Shown one piece after another: positions 60,094 through 64,000 of a stretch of 64,000 nucleotides of DNA; positions within the stretch are counted from its first letter, which is position 1, and every line of letters starts with the position of its first letter. The notes under the pieces are model-generated. The model was not told the origin of the DNA. It saw only the letters and a list, made by a program, of their open reading frames with translations, and did not search any database. This stretch comes from Octopus sinensis (taxonomy: Eukaryota). Where the stretch lies: contig NC_043021.1 in the NCBI RefSeq assembly GCF_006345805.1, positions 15,438,001-15,502,000 of the forward strand. Direction: 5' to 3'. The position numbers were made by a program, and so were the translations under genes.

Positions 60094-60224
60094 CAAGAGT
60101 GATACCGGAATGGACATAGCCAATCTGAAAGAAGTGGCCCAGGATAGAACTGACTGGAGGACACTGATCCATGGAGTAACCGAGAGTCGACTTTGACTGA
60201 GTGGATAGATAGATAGATAGATAG
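60094..60224 (+). mobile_element. BovB-like RTE 3' end with a (GATA)n tail
   Basis: Near-identical to 4494-4612. Confidence 0.85.
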
Positions 60225-60244
60225 TTGTTATTATCATTATTATT

Positions 60245-60635
60245 ATTGAGTGAGAGAGCAGTGCATGCAATCAAAGTGACACTGGGGTAAAATATACAAA
60301 GCCCAGTATACCCGTCATGACTACCCGTCTGATAAGGGTACACTAGGCACATGCATCACAACCATATGTGCGCGACATGGTGATCTCATATCAAGATAAA
60401 CAGCACATGACCTTGCAGGTGGGGCCTAGTTAGAATTTTCTTCAGGTCGAGTAACCCATCCCACTCGAAAGGTCCCTGAATAAGGGTTGTTTAAGGATGT
60501 TGAAAGAACCACCCATGTTTCCAGAGGTGAATTATTCAAACTCCAAAGAATCCCTCTCAACACACGGCTATGATGCTCCCCCACTACTTCTGCTTGTGAT
60601 CAGAGATGCACATATCGTCAGCCACTAAGGGACTA
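60245..60635 (-). mobile_element. Unclassified, apparently young retroelement-like insert with an (AAT)n tail
   Basis: GC- and CpG-richer block ending CTCTCTCACTC-(AAT)n on the minus strand; single copy here. Confidence 0.4.
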
Positions 60636-60779
60636 TTATTATTTTTATTAAGTACCAGTAAAACAGTACTAGTAATAATAATGGTGGAAGAACTTGGCAG
60701 TGGGTGGATTCTAGATCCAAAGTAGATTCTTCTATTTTACATTATTGCAGAACACAAAACATACTAGGAACAGTTTTTT

Positions 60780-61489
60780 TTCCTCATTATGTAGATATTG
60801 TGTGTGTTTTTGTGTGTGTGTATAATGTTTTCTATTGTTTGCTTGTATGTATGTGTGTATGTGTGTGTACATTTTCTTTGTGTTTATATTTCTTTTCTCT
60901 GTATATTGCTTCTGTGTGTATATTGCTTCTGCGTGCTTGTATATTTGTTTTTGTGAGTGTATATTGTCTATTGTTTCCATGTGTGTATATTGTTTCTGTT
61001 TGTATATATTGTTTGTATGTTTACTGTTTCTGTACATATACTGTCTGTCTTTCCTCTCTGTGTATATTGTCTATTGTTTTTTTTTTGTGTGTATGTATAT
61101 ATAGTTTCTCTGTGTGTTGTGTCAATGCATTGAGTGAGTCTATGAGTGTGTGTGTGTATATATATATATATACACACAGTCTGCATATGTTGCTGAAAGT
61201 GAGTGCATACATTGTATCTCTTCTCTATATTCCTATGTGCACACATACTATATTCACGTGCACGTGGGTAGTGTATATTAACATACATTGTGTGTGTTTG
61301 TATTTGATAGCTAAGCTTTATTTCAACTAGATATAGATAAGAAGTTTGAATTAAATTATTTGTTGCTCGCCTTTTATACACCCACCCCACTTTGTTACTA
61401 AATAAATAGAAAACCAATAACTATAATCAGTGTTTTGTGTCTTTTTCTTTAATTTATTTTTAGAGCTGAGTAAATAAATAGATACATAC

Positions 61490-61542
<53 letters not shown>

Positions 61543-61630
61543 TTGTGTGTGTGCATTATGTGTGTGTATATGTGTTTATATATTTATGTGTATATATATA
61601 TATGTTTGTGTATGTTTATATATATATGTT

Positions 61631-61679
<49 letters not shown>

Positions 61680-61830
61680 GTATATACATATATTTGTGTG
61701 TGTATATATATGTTTATGTGTGTGTATATATATGTTTATGTGTGTGTGTATATCTATATGTTTATGTTTGTGTGTATATATATATGTATATACATATGTG
61801 TGTGTGTATATGTGTGTATAGATTAGTGTA
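60780..61830. repeat. Cryptic (TG/TA)-derived tract followed by a compound microsatellite
   Basis: Seen directly. Confidence 0.85.
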
Positions 61831-62121
61831 GCAAGCATTTCATTTGAAGAACGGTTTATTAACAGTTGTTTCATAAAGATTAGAAGTTTGATGCTTTGTG
61901 TGTGGGTGTATGTATGTGTGTTTGTGAGGTGGGGTAGATATACATACGCACCCACCCACGTGTGTGTGTATTTTCCTCATATACATGTACCATTAATATA
62001 ATCCTGAAGTAGATTCAGTGTGACATTGTGACAGGATAGATTTCAGTTACATGTGTTTGTCTCTGCGTATGTGTGCATACATACGTAGTGTTTGTGTGTA
62101 TGTATATATATATATACATAT

Positions 62122-62519
62122 AGGCACAGGAGTGGCTGTGTGGTAAGTAGCTTGCTAACCAACCACATGGTTCCGGGTTCAGTCCCACTGCGTGACATCT
62201 TGGGCAAGTGTCTTCTGCTATAGCCCCGGGCCGACCAATGCCTTGTGAGTGGATTTGGTAGATGGAAACTGAAAGAAGCCTGTCGTATATATGTATATAT
62301 ATGTTATATGTGTGTGTGTGTGTGTGTGTGTTTGTCCTCCTAGCATTGCTTGACAACCGATGCTGGTGTGTTTACGTCCCCCGTAACTTAGCGGTTCGGC
62401 AAAAGAGACCGATAGAATAATTACTGGGCTTACAAAGAATAAATCCCGGGGTCGATTTGCTCGACTAAAGGCAGTGCTCCAGCATGGCCGCAGTCAAATG
62501 ACTGAAACGAGTAAAAGAG
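62122..62519 (+). mobile_element. Full-length young family A
   Basis: Complete copy. Confidence 0.92.
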
Positions 62520-62565
<46 letters not shown>

Positions 62566-62599
62566 CACACACAATATCATTGCTATTATCCTTCTTTTA

Positions 62600-62899
62600 T
62601 TCTTTTCATTCATTTGACTGCGGCCATGCTGGAGCATCGCCTTTAGTCGACCAAATCGGCCCCAGGACTTATTCATCGTAAGCCTACTACTTATTCTATT
62701 AGTCTCTCTTGCTGAACCGCTAAGTGATGGGGACGTAAACACACCAGCATCGGTTGTCAAGCGAAGTTGGGTGGACAAACACAGACACACAAACATATAT
62801 ATACAACGGGCTTCCTTCAGTTTCCGTCTACCAAATCCACTTACAAGGCTTTGGTCGGCCTGAAGCTATAGTAGAAGACACTTGCCCAAGGTGCCACGC
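62600..62899 (-). mobile_element. 5'-truncated family A, inverted relative to 62122-62519
   Basis: Tail through GGGCAAGTGTC block, reverse complement. Confidence 0.9.
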
Positions 62900-63053
62900 T
62901 GTGTGTGTGTGTGTGTGTAACTTTATGTACATACGCATACATACATGCACACGCACACACTCATACTCTCAAACATATACACATACAAGTATGTAATCTC
63001 ATGTATACTTTTTCTAAGCCCTTGTGATTCTTCTTGATTTCTGTTATGCTGAA

Positions 63054-64000
63054 CCCTTTAGCATTTAAATCAACCACATCTGGCCTGAATATTCTACCTA
63101 TTTTATGTTTAAACTGACACCTACCTGCTCACATCTACCCTACAGTGTCATTCTGACAATAAGCAATCACAACATTGAAATCTCAAAGCTGTGAGATAAT
63201 GCATGATTAATTCAAAACAATGTGAACCAATAAGCATTATTATATTCGACAGAGTCATCTGAATGCTAAACCGGCCCAAATGTTCTATTTGTTTTATGTT
63301 CAAACTGACCAGATTTGGCCTCTCACACTTACCCTACAATGTCATTTAAAAATAGACAATCTCATCATTTCGTCAACATCAAAATAAAAATTCAAATGGA
63401 AATTGCAGTTAAGACACCCGTACTGGTGACACGTAAAAAGCACCGTCTGACGTGGCAGATACTAGCGCCCCTGACTGGCGTCCGTGTCGGTGACACGTAA
63501 AGCACCAACTGATCGTGCCATTTGCCAGCCGCTCTGGCCCCTGTGCCGGTGGCACGTAAAAAACCCCACTACACTCATGGATGGTTGGCGTTAGGAAGGG
63601 CTCCAGCTGTAGAAACATCCCCATTAGACTGGAGCCTGGTGCAGCCTCCAGGCTTGCCAGAATCCGTTCGAACCGTCCAACCCATGCTATCATGGTAACG
63701 GACGTTAAATGATGATGATGATGATGATATTTGCAAGATTCTTTATATGAGTTCGTGTGTGAAGCATATTCTGTTGTGTCTGGGGAGAGTCATTTTCTTT
63801 TTGTGCCTTATTATGTAACACACTCACCTGTAAAATTTCCACTTTTTTTTCTCATTTTTATTTTCCTAAAATGTTTGTTGCATCTTGCAACCTTTTCAAT
63901 AGTTTTGACTCTCATCATTGAAATCTCAAAACCATGAGAAAATGCATGATTAATTCAAAACTATGTGAATAAATAAGCATTGTATTCGAGAGAGTAATCT
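63054..64000. mobile_element. Tandem P1 MITEs; the second is split by a 540-bp insertion
   Basis: Copy 1 spans 63054-63270; copy 2 spans 63268-63369 and resumes at 63910. Confidence 0.82.
63370..63727 (+). mobile_element. Full-length family C
   Basis: Leader, units and RTE tail with (GAT)n. Confidence 0.88.

Overview
This window is AT-rich, repeat-saturated eukaryotic non-coding DNA. The repeat families look like those of an octopod cephalopod (inferred from recalled repeat motifs, not a database search). I find no intact protein-coding gene, tRNA or rRNA gene, or CRISPR array. Almost every entry in the ORF track is a by-product of microsatellites ((TA)n, (TG)n, (AAT)n, (CAC)n) or SINE copies. 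Family labels below are my own. Retroelements: A (tRNA/CORE-type head, internal microsatellite, TGACTGAAACAAGTAAAAGA tail), B1/B2 (Meta/MESC-like central domain with two alternative tails), C (variable tandem ~62-66-bp hairpin units plus an RTE tail), D (A head plus RTE tail), E/F (CORE-type, E with a V-like domain), unclassified H and I, 3' relics of at least three RTE LINE lineages, a decayed ORF1/gag-only element with a CCHC zinc knuckle, and Penelope-like terminal-repeat fragments with hammerhead-like cores. DNA elements: piggyBac-type and Tc1/mariner MITEs, a non-autonomous Helitron, a mariner transposase relic and a 95-bp-arm foldback with nested palindromes. There is also a decayed 5S rRNA-like segment. 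The most notable signals are the foldback, the ORF1-only element, the hammerhead-like cores, a LINE copy that supplies the C/D tail, recurrent template switching at one site in SINE B, and close inverted SINE pairs that could form long dsRNA if transcribed.
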